From the NCBI GenBank assembly GCA_002269645.1, contig NIVC01000709.1, positions 400,932 to 464,931 on the forward strand: a stretch of DNA of 64,000 nt, read 5' to 3'. A model generated the notes under the pieces. The model had not been told where the DNA came from. It made no database searches and saw only the letters and a program-made list of their open reading frames with translations. Of the stretch, positions 47,030 to 59,193 are shown piece by piece; the stretch's first letter is position 1, and each line of letters starts with the position of its first letter. Source of the DNA: Macrostomum lignano. Taxonomy: Eukaryota. Both the position numbers and the translations under genes were made by a program.

Positions 47030-49558
47030 GAGTCCAGAAATATAAATAAAATAAGTCACTCGGCAGAGCTTTTGTAAACGTTCAGAGTGCTATCGTGTGC
47101 GAAATATCAAGAGGCTGCTCTGAGAATGTACTCTTAAACTGCATTAACGCACGGGCATTTTCAAGCGGCTTAAATATTGATTGAACGAACTGGGAGTCAA
47201 AGCAAGCAGGCGCTAATTTTCTATCAGGCATTTGAAAAAAGCATTGACTGCATGGGGCCGGCTGGTCCTCACAGCTGGGCCTAAAAGCCACCCACCAAAT
47301 ATAACTGGGGTAGAGAGGGAATGTGCGATCTGGGGTGCGCGCGCAATGTACATTCGCCGCGAAGGGAAGGCAGCGAAACGGCTAATAAAGACAGATGGAT
47401 GATAGATGTACGCAAAGAGCCCCGACCCCTTTCCTTATCTAGCATCACTTGTACACTCAAGTTTAAGGAAGGATTCGCTGTGGCAGAGGCGTGGGTGGGT
47501 GTGGAACAGACTAGTGAAGGCTTGCTAATCGATAGAATCCACTGGGCCGTCCCGTCCGTTCAGTACTCGTACTTTGTTATAAAAAATTTAATAATTTTTC
47601 CTTGGGTAAAGTGCAACACGTGCATTAAAAATCCTACGTTATGACGGCTCAATAGGCTCGTGCTTAACGTGCCCATGTTCGTATTTATTATTGTCATTCT
47701 GCGATTGACTAGCTGAATTTTTGTATTCCTTTCAAATAGTCAGTTGTAAATCTGACCTTAATTCCTGAATCCTGATTCCGTTTCCTTAGCATCCTGATTT
47801 CACCTGCGACTTGATCGTTGGTTGCCATAGATATGTACATACCCCATTGACCCACCCACCTGCATCCGCCACTGAGCTCAAGCTCCAAGCTTGAGATACA
47901 TTAAAGCAATATAACAACGATAAGGCAGACGAAAAAATTCCTGTTTCCTCGGAGAGGGATAGGGGTCAGCCGGCCCTCTTGACCCCCTGGATCCGCTGGA
48001 CTGCTGGTGTTTCCGTCTCTTCGTCTCAGAAGCACTCTTTTAAACTGGAATTGAAAAACTTTTTTTACCTCAAAGGCCAGATAAAAAATCTAACGTAAAG
48101 ACTGCGGGCCAGATGAGAGAGGAGAGAGAAGAGAAAGAAGCGAGGAGTGTAAAGAGACTGGAGAGGAAAGAGGAGAGGAGAGAGTAGACAGAAGAGAGAA
48201 GAGAGAGGAGAGAAGTTCAGACCCCGAGGCCCGGATAGAGGCTTCGCGGACCGCATGTGGCCTGGCGCCGGATTTTGCCGACCTCTATTTTAAACAAAAA
48301 ATAAATAAGTCAGATGATGACAGGTCAGTGTGCAAGTGCATTGATAATTGTCTCTTATTATCGGGGATCCGAATTCAATGCTGTGGGGATATTAGTAGCC
48401 AAGCTGGAGCCCTTCTCACTCGTCACCCGCGTGTTTCTCGTATTAATTGCAGGCAGTTCACTAAAATTGAAACAAAAATGGCATTGAAAATGGAGAAATC
48501 TCTCGCCGCGGTGCAGTGTGTGTTACAGGGCGCAAAAGTACATATTGCCGGCAAAGAAAAATATTCGATATTAGACGGCGTAACGCTACAGGAAATTCGA
48601 ACTGGACTGGGGTGGGTTGCACTTAGACAGCAGAGGAACCGCTAAAATGGCGAACTGACTTACTTGGCAATGGCTGAGACTGAAAATTAGCAAACAGACT
48701 CCTGGAAATCGTGGTAAATAGAATAGTAATAATGAGAATAATAATAATGATAATAATAGTAATAATAAAGTTAAAACGCAATGACGACAGAACGCAGTTT
48801 TGCAAACAAAGACTACCTCCATACTTCTAAAATTTTGCTCGGAATCGCAATGAACAAAAAGAAAAACAAAACAGGAATTTGAAAATGCGCGCGTACGGGG
48901 AAATTGTGTGTAAAACAATTTCAAAAAAAGTGCACAAAAAGTTTGCGCAGCTCAAGGTGGAGGTCAGTAACAAAAACTGTTGCAGACACGGACAGAACTT
49001 CATGGATAAGACAAAAAAGAAAAAATGATTTTGCGGCATTATTACATCGGCTTTCCTGTTGCTATTTGTAGGGCTCCTTTCCTGCTCGCACAGTGAAACA
49101 CTCAGTATCCATATTTAATAGCTTTGGGCAATTATAGATTGCAATGTGTGGGATTAGTTTACGATGGAGCAAGTCAACAACGCTACAGGCGCTGATAGTG
49201 AGTGAATGAATGGGTTGCATTTACTACGCGAATTTTGCTTCCGGAAATGAAGCGAAAAGTTTGCACATGGAGCGGTTTAGGTCATGCAGTACAAGTTGGT
49301 TTATGTAGCAGGCCAATGCCTCAACGATTGTGCTGTTAAAATTGCTTTGTGCGCGATTCAAATTTTAATCACTTCTGTGATTTTTCTACTTAAAGTAGCG
49401 TTCTCGGTTTCACTATAGTATTCTGTTGCATTTGCTCTACTGTAAATAGCGCACTTCGAGACTTTTTCTAATTTTAGCATTTTTTGACCCTTTCGTTTTC
49501 GGCGGCGTGATTGGGGGGCCGGTTAATATCAGCGGTATTTCAGCGCTCTGTCAACTGC

Positions 49559-50831
49559 TTACTGTACAAGGTACGGCGACCACCGGATTTCCGCTGTTTC
49601 AGCCGGTTTCCGCCGTCTGGACTTGCTGCCGAGCATCTCGCGGACCCACTGGCTCCAGGGCACAATGATCTGCTTGGGCGGCACCAGGATGCGCTGGTAG
49701 CGGTCGGGGTCGCGGGGATACCAGATTAACGACTGGGCAGCGTTGCAGTGCGGCGCCTTGGTGGACTCCTCCGGCAGGTGGGCCTCGTCTGGCTCTGACA
49801 CCTGAATTTAATCAATAAAAATGAGTGAATTCTCTGGGTCGCAGGGGCATTGACCACTTCCGCGTCGAACATGAAGGTGACAGCTGACCTGCAGCCAGCG
49901 AGGAGGTCAGAATTTACATTAATCCCATTCTGCTAAATCCTGAGCTCGTGGGCATGCAGGCACATGCTCACGCAGGGTGCGCAACAGCCCTGACTCTCCA
50001 ATTGCGAGATATGTACACACGCTGTACCTTGGGGCCGGCCTTCATAAGGCGCGTGAATTACACGACAAGCCGCCCTCCCCCGGTCGTACAAGTATTTCCG
50101 TGCGTACAATACAAGTATCCCAGTGTCTCTAATTCAAACAATTTCGAAATTAACAGACGGCTCACCTGCGGAGGCTCCGACTGGTACTCAGTGAACCAAC
50201 GCACCCGCTCGCCCACAGGCAGGTGCGAATCCACTTTCATTCGCAGATTGTAGTCCCAGCGGATCTTCTTCAGCACGTGGACCTCATCGGCTGGCGACTG
50301 TGCCTCGGTGAGCACCCCGCGTCGCCGGTGCCGCACGGCCACCAGCCAAATGAGGAACTGCTGCTGCCGGTGAATGTCGGTCAGTCGGACCCGCCCAGAG
50401 TAGGGCAGCTCCCACACCACGCTGGGGTGAAAGTAGTCCTTGATCTGCAGCTCCTTGTTGGTCTTCCAATGGTGCCCCACTCGGATGGTGTGCACGCTCT
50501 GCGTCACGGAATAGAAAGGATACATGCGGCCGTCGGAGTCATTCATGAGCTGTCGCCGGCCGCTCTTCAACGGGTGAAACTCCCAGTAGGAGCTTCCCCG
50601 CTGCTCGTAGTCATTCTCCAGGTACATGTAGTTGCAGGCCTGCACCAGGCCGATGCTCCAGTCGCGGTCGGCCACGCAGCTGGGAATCTCGATGCTCACC
50701 TTGCAATAGAAAGTCTGCGTACGGTAATAGAGCATGTTCTCCGTCTCCTCGATCAGAGTCTTCGAGTTCTTGTCGTAGTACGCTCGGACGCATTTCACGT
50801 TGATGTTGTCGACTGTCAGTTTTCCGGTCAT
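49559..50831 (-). CDS. FAM78: FAM78A/B family protein, ~302 aa; exons 50166-50831, 49559-49801
   Basis: LYYRTQTF, WSIGLVQAC..M.LENDY, SSYWEF..L, MNDSDGRMYPFY, KDYFHPSVVWELP, LTDIHRQQQFLIWLVA, and second exon APHCNAAQSLIWYP..ILVPPK all align with FAM78 motifs (YRTPHF, GWIQAC, SDSDGVNYPWY, NDNFYPSVTW, LTNIYRDQSFTTWLVA, PNANDAQVLMW..VIPPK). Phase-0 GT-AG intron. Confidence 0.93.
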
Positions 50832-51484
50832 CTAGCCGCCTGCCGCTAGCAGCATGAATAGCTGCCGCCTGGTGCCGGTGACCTGGTCGCCGAGTGCAGC
50901 TGAGCTAATTTGCGACCTCTCCCCTCTCTCCTGACTCTCCGATAGAGAGCTCTCTGGCAGTCTGTGCGCGATGATCTGGGCGAGAATCAAGTAGTAATCG
51001 TGGGCCGAGGGAGAGAGAGAGAGAAAATGGGAGGAAAAATGAAGCGCGCGAGCGGTTCTAAGCTCGACAGATTAAGTTTTGGCCATAGACTAAACAGATC
51101 GGTGACTTCTGACCGGCAAAGCTTGCTTGCTTCGTGGTTACTTCTTTTGGGATCCAAATGGGTAATAGTTTATTCCCAGCTCCCATTTGACACCACACCA
51201 CAGTCTCTATGGTGTCAAACCTTCATTGTGGAGATTCTCCTGGAATGTCTACAACCTGCTGACGACAATCTGGCAGAAGTGAAACCAAACAGCCTCGCAC
51301 TTCGGCATTGCCTTGCCTGCCAGAAAGTAGAAAGCTCGACGTACCCTATTGTGAGAAGGCCTGCACCCACCCAGCGAGAGAACTGCACCGACTTGATGGA
51401 AGAGCTGAATAAGCCAGTAGTGTGTCTTATTATTCTAACTTCAAGCGGCAGGCATTCAGATGAGCGCTTGTGCCCGGACTCATG

Positions 51485-51778
51485 TATTGGAAATGTGCGC
51501 TTTGTCACACTGACAACAGTTTATAAATGCGCGCTTTGTCACACTGACAACTGTTTATAAATGCGCTTTGTCACACTGACAACAGTTTATAAATGCGCGC
51601 TTTGTCACACTGACAACTGTTTATAAATGCGCTTTGTCACACTGACAACTGTTTATAAATGCGCGCTTTGTCACACTGACAACAGTTTATAAATGCGCGC
51701 TTTGTCACACTGACAACAGTTTATGAATGCGCGCTTTGTCACACTGACAACAGTTTATAAATGCGCGCTTTGTCATGC
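51485..51778. repeat. 32/34-bp minisatellite, ~8 copies, with inverted repeat TTGTCA-CAC-TGACAA
   Basis: Unit GCGCTTTGTCACACTGACAACAGTTTATAAATGC. Confidence 0.94.
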
Positions 51779-52700
51779 GGGCCTAATAATGTGTCCCAAA
51801 TAAAATTGTCGGGAAGACAAGGGGGCTTGACGGTCCTAATTTTTTTCTTCCAATTTTATACCATTCGCTTCCACGAAATTGTAATTTTTTCAAAACATTT
51901 TAATATCTGGATTTAGACACGGGGTTTTATTAAGGTCGAGGTTATTGTGCTATAGGGTCAAGTTAGAGCTAGTTTCTGTTCGGCAGACTCGCAAGCAGCT
52001 GATCATATTCATGCATGGCATGTGATCACGTAGAGAGGTCATAGAGGTCATGGTGAAGCTTGTGCATTGCTGTGATTACTGTGACCACTCTACCGAATTA
52101 TGTGGCCTCATGGCTTATTTACGGAATTTGAATTGTGAATGCCTGTCGTCACGGCTCGTGTGAAGTAACCAGACCAAAAGTGCGGAGCGCGTTCACATGC
52201 GCAGCATAGGAAATGGCGGCGATGGCACAACAGGCACAGTCCACTGCATTTTGCGTATTAGTAAACAGGTACTTTGGATTCACATTAACACTTGAAGCTC
52301 TCCAGTGCCCTGGATTTTCTACAATCAGCCCCGAAGCTCAGGGCAGAATTGCTTTCGGAATGCGCAAATTCTGCATTTCCTGTCCTTCGCTTGCCCCACC
52401 ACCCCCTGCACATGCATGGCCCCGTATCTGCGACCGATCGCTGGTAGGAGTAGTCTGTCGGTCAAGTGTCACGTGGCTATCATTGCCTAACAATACCAAC
52501 TTTTCCAACAGCAGAGCAGTAGAGTACGTGAGTCCGTGAAATTCTAGGCCTAACTTATATCCCATTGTTTTGAAGATCTCGTATACGTTCTGAGTCTGAC
52601 GTGGAAGATCAATCACTGGGGTTCTGAATCTGTGTATACTTTACTAATACATCAATACCAATGTATTGGTATGTTAGGGGGTTGTTTAAGTGGTAAAGTA

Positions 52701-52890
52701 GGGGGTTGTCGCCTATAGTGGTTAGAGTGCAGGACTCACAACTGAAAGGCGACCCACCGATCGAAACAATTTGTCATTGAGCAAGACACTTAACTCTGCA
52801 TTGCTTCAGTTCACCCAGCTGTAAAATGGGTATCAGCATTAGCTCGGGTAATTGAGGGTGTGTGACGTGTGTGGCGTGGCGACTCCCCAG
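52701..52890 (+). mobile_element. tRNA-derived SINE copy
   Basis: A-box-like TAGTGGTTAG, degenerate B-box GATCGAAAC, then TTGAGCAAGACACTTAAC and CACCCAGCTGTAAAATGGGTA, central-domain motifs typical of CORE/Deu-type SINEs. Confidence 0.65.
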
Positions 52891-52894
52891 GGCC

Positions 52895-53865
52895 CCAGTG
52901 CCGCAGGCACTCGCTTTAGCGCCGCAGGCACTCATTTCAGTCGTAGGCACTCATTTTAGCGCCGCAGGCACTCACTTTAGCGCCGCAGGCACTCATTTTA
53001 GCGCCGCAGGCACTCATTTTAGCGCCGCAGGCACTCATTTTAGCGCCGCAGGCACCCATTTTAGCGCCGCAGGCACTCATTTTAGCGTCGCAGGCACTCA
53101 TTTTAGCGTCGCAAGCACCCATTTTAGCGTCGCAGGCACCCATTTTGGCGCCGCAGGCACTCATTTCAGCGCCGCAGGCACTCATTTTAGCGTCGCAGAC
53201 ACTCATTTTGGCGTCGCAGACACTCATTTTGGCGTCGCAGACACTCATTTTGGCGTCGCAGGCACCCATTTTAGCGCCGCAGGCACTCATTTTACTGCCG
53301 CAGGCACTCATTTTAGCGTCGCAGGCACTCATTTTAGCGCCGCAGGCACTCATTTTAGCGCCGCAGGCACTCACTTTAGCGCCGCAGGCACTCATTTTAG
53401 CGCCGCAGGCACTCATTTTAGCGCCGCAGGCACCCATTTTAGCGCCGCAGGCACTCATTTTAGCGCCGCAGGCACTCATTTTAGCGCCGCAGGCACTCAC
53501 TTTAGCGCCGCAGGCACTCATTTTAGCGCCGCAGGCACTCATTTTAGCGCCGCAGGCACTCATTTTAGCGCCGCAGGCACCCATTTTAGCGCCGCAGGCA
53601 CTCATTTTAGCGCCGCAGGCACTCATTTTAGCGTCGCAGGCACTCATTTTAGCGTCGCAAGCACCCATTTTAGCGTCGCAGGCACCCATTTTAGCGCCGC
53701 AGGCACTCATTTTAGCGCCGCAGGCACTCATTTTAGCGTCGCAGGCACTCATTTTAGCGCCGCAGGCACTCATTTTAGCGTCGCAGGCACTCATTTTAGC
53801 GTCGCAAGCACCCATTTTAGCGTCGCAGGCACCCATTTTAGCGCCGCAGGCACTCATTTTGGTAC
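52895..53865. repeat. 21-bp minisatellite (GCAGGCACTCATTTTAGCGCC), ~45 copies, embedded in a copy of the 63377-63585 element family
   Basis: Direct reading; the 3' flank (AGCAAAACTATTGATT..ATAACGG) matches 63449-63475. Confidence 0.95.
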
Positions 53866-55112
53866 TGCAGACGCTATCTTTTGTCGCCCTGAAGCAAAAC
53901 TATTGATTTCAATAACGGCCACGGGTCAACAAGTTGGGGTGGGGAGACATGATCAATACTTAAAAGTGTCCTATCCGTACCCTTTTCTTTTCGCATGAGT
54001 TACAATGAATCAAACCCAATACCAGATCTGCTTGTACAAACAGGGCTCTCCTACGCGTTCCTCTCACTGGCTCTCACTTGCGGAATGAAGATTCCCAGGG
54101 TCGCACAAAGAACAGCGGAGAGGCCAATGTACGCACGAAGTGTACATTCAATGTACACATATGGGAACGGTGTATTAATTGCGAGCGGGGAGAGGGAGGC
54201 CCAATGACAAGTGAAGGTCAGCTACTCTGCAAACCTAAATAATGCCGCGTGAGCTAAAATATGCGAAACCGGTTTAAACTTGTTCCAGTTCCAGTCCTGT
54301 TGCGCACTTTCTGTTGTTTTTTTCAAGCGGTAAAGTTCGCAATTTTAATTGCAGTCCAACACAATAAAAAAATAACAAGTGCTTTGTTATCTTTTGCTAA
54401 AACGTGCTTCACTTGCTTATCTATAACGTCCAACCCCCATTTTCTATCCCTACTACTCCCAACTAAAGGGTTTGAGATTCTATCCCAGAGCTGAGACGAG
54501 CAGAGGGAAAGACATGTACATGTAGATTGTAGGCTTGGCGTTTTTATCAGAAAAGTGTCGCGGCGTCAACGTAAGTGAAACGTCAGATCTGCAGTTGACC
54601 TCAACCTCTCAGGTCGAACACTTATTATCTAATCCAGTTCAAGCCCATATTGGCGTTGCCTTGGCAGCCACTTGGACCGGCTCTTGCTAGCGGAATATCC
54701 ACTATCTGAAGCCTCTGTAAACTGTAACCAGTTTTTTGAGAACTGGCCTAAACCTGTTGCTTGAAATCCCGCAAAAGTGGCCTCATTGAATGCTCGATTC
54801 TCAAGCAGTGTGCCGCAATCCACTTATCAAGTCAAGGCCAGTTTTGCCGAAAAACATTCGAACTTTCCAACCAAGCGAGTCGCGGAGGTTGGGGTTGACC
54901 CGCGCCGCTTTTCTGCTATAAAAATTCGACCCCGTGCCGAATTTTTGATTTGGTATTGGTTGGAAATCTCCACTGTAGCTGGCACTATACGCTAGATTCG
55001 CGTCCAGAAAGAACTTTCCACTCTGTTAATTAACTTGACCCGGTCTCATCACACGCCTAATTGTGTAACAGTTTTTACTTCCGAATACCGAATATCGTTT
55101 AAAGAAAAGCCA

Positions 55113-56664
55113 ATGACTTCAGTGGCCATCGAATCGTTTTTGGACCCTAGTAACAGCAGCAGCCAAGAGGCGTACAGCCGCAGTCAACAGACAAACGCCC
55201 TCGTTGCTGTCAAGTGGATCAACTATCACCAGATTGAGGATAATCACGATGGTAAGTTAAGTTGAGAGTGATAAGAGAGGCTCTATTACACTGGAGTATG
55301 TTGATCTATGGCCAAACTTGCATTTGAGAACATAGAGCAAGCGGGGAGTCTATGACCAAAGTTGCTAGCGCTAGTGTCTATCGCCAAAACTGAACAAACA
55401 TGAGTCTATCCATTAGCCAAAGTTGTTAGTAGTGTCTATAGCCAAAACTGAGAAAGCGAGTCTTCCCATAGCCAAAGTTGCTAGTGTATATGGCCAAAAC
55501 TGAGCAAGCGGGAGTCTAACCATAACCAGAGTTGCTAGTGTAGTGTCTATGGCCAAAACTGAGAAAGCGGGAGTCTATCCATATCCAAAGTTGCTAGTGT
55601 CTATGGCCAAAACTGAGAAAGCGGGAGTCTATCCATATCCAAAGTCGCTAGTGTCTATGGCCAAAACTGAGCAAGCGAGAGTCTATCCATAGCCAAACTT
55701 GCTAGTGTCTATGGTTATAGTCTATGGCCAAGCAGTCACTAAGACTAATCACTAAGCCACATTTTAATTCCTATGCAACTAACAGACAGCAAGATTCTGG
55801 TGTGTGGCAGCGGAAGCCAGATCAAATGCTTCCTGGAATTGCTGGAGTCAGTTTGCGAGCAGAAGACAATCAAGCGGCTGATCTGCGCGGCTGATTGCGA
55901 AGTGAGAGGCTGAGAGAGAGAGCGAGACTGCTGCTGTGTGTTTGCGAAACTCGAACAGCTATTATTTGATTTTGTCCAATCTGCATTTTAGCTAGCCATG
56001 CTGACGGACTCAAAGTTCTGGACTGAGTACGGCTGCCGGATTGTCTCCTGGCGGAAGGAAGGTGAGCTCTTTTCTGGGTCATCCCAGCTAATTAGTATGT
56101 AGTTAGGTTGTCGCTACAGGGCTGAGCTTAAGTACTTATATAACTTAACATCACGCCGCATCTTTGCAGAATATGAGGACGACATTGTCCGCCGGACTCG
56201 CCTTGCTGCCAAACAGAAGCCCGTGTTCACAGTGATCGACTTTGAGCCCACTCTACGCCGCTTGCACCGCCAGTTTTACATTGTTGCAGAGGTAGGAATT
56301 TTTTTTATCTTTTTGTATCCCGTATGTTCTGTTAGAAAATTTCAAATTCAGCATTCTTTTGCACATGTGCGCTACTTTGAGTAGCATGATCAGGCTTTTT
56401 TGTATAGCGAAAAATCTGCTTTCCAAATTGCAGTGCGGCCGAGTTCTGCTCTACCAGAAGCGCCAAGCCCGCTGGGCGGAGATCTGCGCGCCTCTGCTGC
56501 CCGCCCTGGCTGACCGCGGCGTTGTTGTGGAGAATCTGGAGGACGACTGCCGCTACCTGATGCCGGCAGAGGACCGGGACTGCGCCGGGTCAGAGGCGTC
56601 CTCAGATGATCTCGCCTATTCGTCCTTGATGTCGTCAAGCGATTTCCCGGAATGCGATCGATAA
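55113..56664 (+). CDS. Uncharacterised ~225-aa protein, possible Rossmann/MDR cofactor-binding-like domain; exons 55113-55251, 55786-55901, 55992-56061, 56170-56291, 56434-56664
   Basis: Five exons join in frame (678 nt; phases 1,0,1,0) with good GT-AG sites (GTAAGT, GTGAGA, GTGAGC, GTAGGA). Protein: ..DSKILVCGSGSQIKCFLELL..WTEYGCRIVSWRKEEYEDDIVRR..VFTVIDFEPT..AECGRVLLY. An additional upstream exon cannot be excluded. Confidence 0.75.
55320..55725. repeat. ~54-bp imperfect minisatellite, ~7 copies, in intron 1 of the orphan gene
   Basis: Unit GTTGCTAGTGTCTATGGCCAAAACTGAGAAAGCGGGAGTCTATCCATATCCAAA. Confidence 0.9.
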
Positions 56665-57769
56665 ATCTCCGTGACCAAATAGACTGCGCATGGATAATTC
56701 AGATTCAGATTCATATTCAGAATGGATTGCGAAATGCACGCAGTGACCTCTGAGGCTACAAATGCCTTCAAACCCTGGGCAAACAGGAATTGGCCTCTGG
56801 GCCGAGAGAAGCTGAGAGTCACACACAGCTGGGGTGCCTTTGGGGCGCTGAATCTCACTTTGGGGCGCCAAGTTGGATTGCTCAAGGCCTCTCAAGAACA
56901 GATCTCAAATGCTGCAGAATTTCAGCCTTTTTGCCCCGGGCGATAGCTCAGACCGAATGTGTCAGGTAGAACGACATGTCTTATAGTTATCAATGCTTTT
57001 ATTCATAATGTCGTACCTGTTGCAGTGAACTACACTTTAATCTATGATTTATTGGTGCTGTCACAATTTGTGGATGCCAATTCTGATCATCTTGCTGTTC
57101 ATTCACGGGTTTTAATGTGTAATTTTGTGTGTACATAGCAACTATTACATACTTGCTCATTCATTTCTCTTTAATTAAACCTTATTCGTTTCTCGAAAGA
57201 CTTATAACCAAAATTACAAAATTTCAAATGCCACCGGTTGGTAAAATTGATGTTTTTATCATGTACTCCTCATGTACTCCTCATGTACTCGTACATTTGC
57301 TGTCCTTCTGGCGCACCTCACTGCATTTTATTCAATCGAAGGTGCTCGCGGAAGGCGGAAGGCGGAAAATACAAAATCTGTATTTTTAAAAAATTAGCGC
57401 TGAAAAGCTTCACTGTTATAAGAATGCTGTTCATTGTTCAGCTATGAATGAATTCTTTATGCCTAGTTTATTTTTTACAAGCTGGTATTGCATGCACTGG
57501 CTGATGTGCTCAGCTAGCGGCTCAGCTGACTCATGCGCCATGCAGCTGAGCGCACTGCGGTGGGTGAGTTTGAGCAGCTTATGAGCTGCTGTGAGTCATC
57601 CAAAGCAAATGTGCATCAGTGCTCAAGGGCTTGAAATTTGTATGAAATGAGCTGCTAAGAAAGGAAATTTAATAAGGGACAGATGGCAGCCATAGAAAAA
57701 CATGCAGCATGTACGTGTACATTAACTTGTATACATCCAGTCATGCAGGGCCACTGCAGCTCCACCTTT

Positions 57770-58405
57770 CCAGATCCTCAGTTGCTGGGCCCAGCCTCCC
57801 AGATCTCCAGTTGCTGGGCCAGCCTCCCAGATCTCCAGTTGCTGGGCCAGCCTCCCAGATCTCCAGTTGCTGGGGGGGCAGCCTCCCAGATCCTCAGTTG
57901 CTGGGCCAGCCTCCCAGATCTCCAGTTGCTGGGCCAGCCTCCCAGATCCTCAGTTGCTGGGCCAGCCTCCCAGATCTCCAGTTGCTGGGGGGGGCAGCCT
58001 CCCAGATCCTCAGTTGCTGGGCCAGCCTCCCAGATCTCCAGTTGCTGGGGGGGGCAACCTCCCAGATCCTCAGTTGCTGGGCCAGCCTCCCAGATCCTCA
58101 GTTGCTGGGCCAGCCTCCCAGATCTCCAGTTGCTGGGGGGGGCAGCCTCCCAGATCCTCAGTTGCTGGGCCAGCCTCCCAGATCTCCAGTTGCTGGGGGG
58201 GCAGCCTCCCAGATCCTCAGTTGCTGGGCCAGCCTCCCAGATCTCCAGTTGCTGGGGGGGCAGCCTCCCAGATCCTCAGTTGCTGGGCCAGCCTCCCAGA
58301 TCTCCAGTTGCTGGGGGGGGCAACCTCCCAGATCCTCAGTTGCTGGGCCAGCCTCCCAGATCCTCAGTTGCTGGGCCAGCCTCCCAGATCCCCAGTTGCT
58401 GGGCC
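57770..58405. repeat. 28-bp minisatellite (GCCTCCCAGATC(C/T)(T/C)CAGTTGCTGGGCCA) with G-run insertion variants
   Basis: Direct reading. Confidence 0.94.
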
Positions 58406-58828
58406 GGTGCCATTTTCCAGATACTCAGGTTGGCCGCCACTTCAGAAAAAATGAGGATAACTCCATTTTTCGCATTAAAATCGCCAATGGCTGAATTTGC
58501 TAAAATGTTATTTATTTACAGATCCAATCAGCGGCTTGAGTTCAGACAGGTGCAGCAGAATGCGGCAAAAATCAATTCTGAGTAGCCAAGCAAAACATAG
58601 GCAAATTATAAACTACAAGTATAACCAATAGTTTAATATTGGAATGCATTGCGCAAGATTTGTGCCTGTTTAAAATTAGCAGCATCATAGACAGCATAAG
58701 CGAACTAAAGTTTACGAATGCTACTTATAGTAGCACAAATGAACATTGGCAGATAACGAATAACAAAAAATGTTTGAAAACACCTTGGTGGTTTGTATCA
58801 ACCGGCTGAAAATAGGGTCCTGACAAAT

Positions 58829-59075
58829 AGAATGCTGACCCAGCCTGATTCAGAATGCTGACCCAGCCTGATTCAGAATGCTGACCCACCCTGATTCAGA
58901 ATGCTGACCCAGCCTGATTCAGAATGCTGACCCACCCTGATTCAGAATGCTGACCCACCCTGATTCAGAATGCTGACCCACCCTGATTCAGAATGCTGAC
59001 CCACCCTGATTCAGAATGCTGACCCACCCTGATTCAGAATGCTGACCCACCCTGATTCAGAATGCTGACCCACTC
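58829..59075. repeat. 23-bp minisatellite (CCTGATTCAGAATGCTGACCCA[C/G]), ~10 copies, 3' of the Rab-like stop
   Basis: Period 23 (58831 to 58854). Confidence 0.95.
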
Positions 59076-59193
59076 ATTCATTGTGTCTGGCCTAAACCTG
59101 ACTAGACTGAAACTAATGACGGGATGCAACAATAGCCGCAACCAAGTTTGAGTTTTCAGTAAAAACTTTGGCGTTTCATCCATCGGCAGTCAA

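Noticed and set aside
47960-48290. Charlie-like hAT MITE (..GGACCGCATGTGGCC..TTTGCCGACCTCT end)
   Set aside because: The 3' end looks right, but no matching 5' TIR with a TSD could be established.
52701-52775. Possible tRNA gene
   Set aside because: The A-box is present, but the B-box and cloverleaf are degenerate and continue into SINE body motifs.
52862-53998. 378-aa AGTHFSA and related ORFs (antifreeze/pentapeptide-like appearance)
   Set aside because: A 21-bp array open in several frames, with a transposon-derived unit.
57683-58585. 300-, 261- and 195-aa ORFs in three frames
   Set aside because: A 28-bp array with no stops in any + frame; no exon signals.
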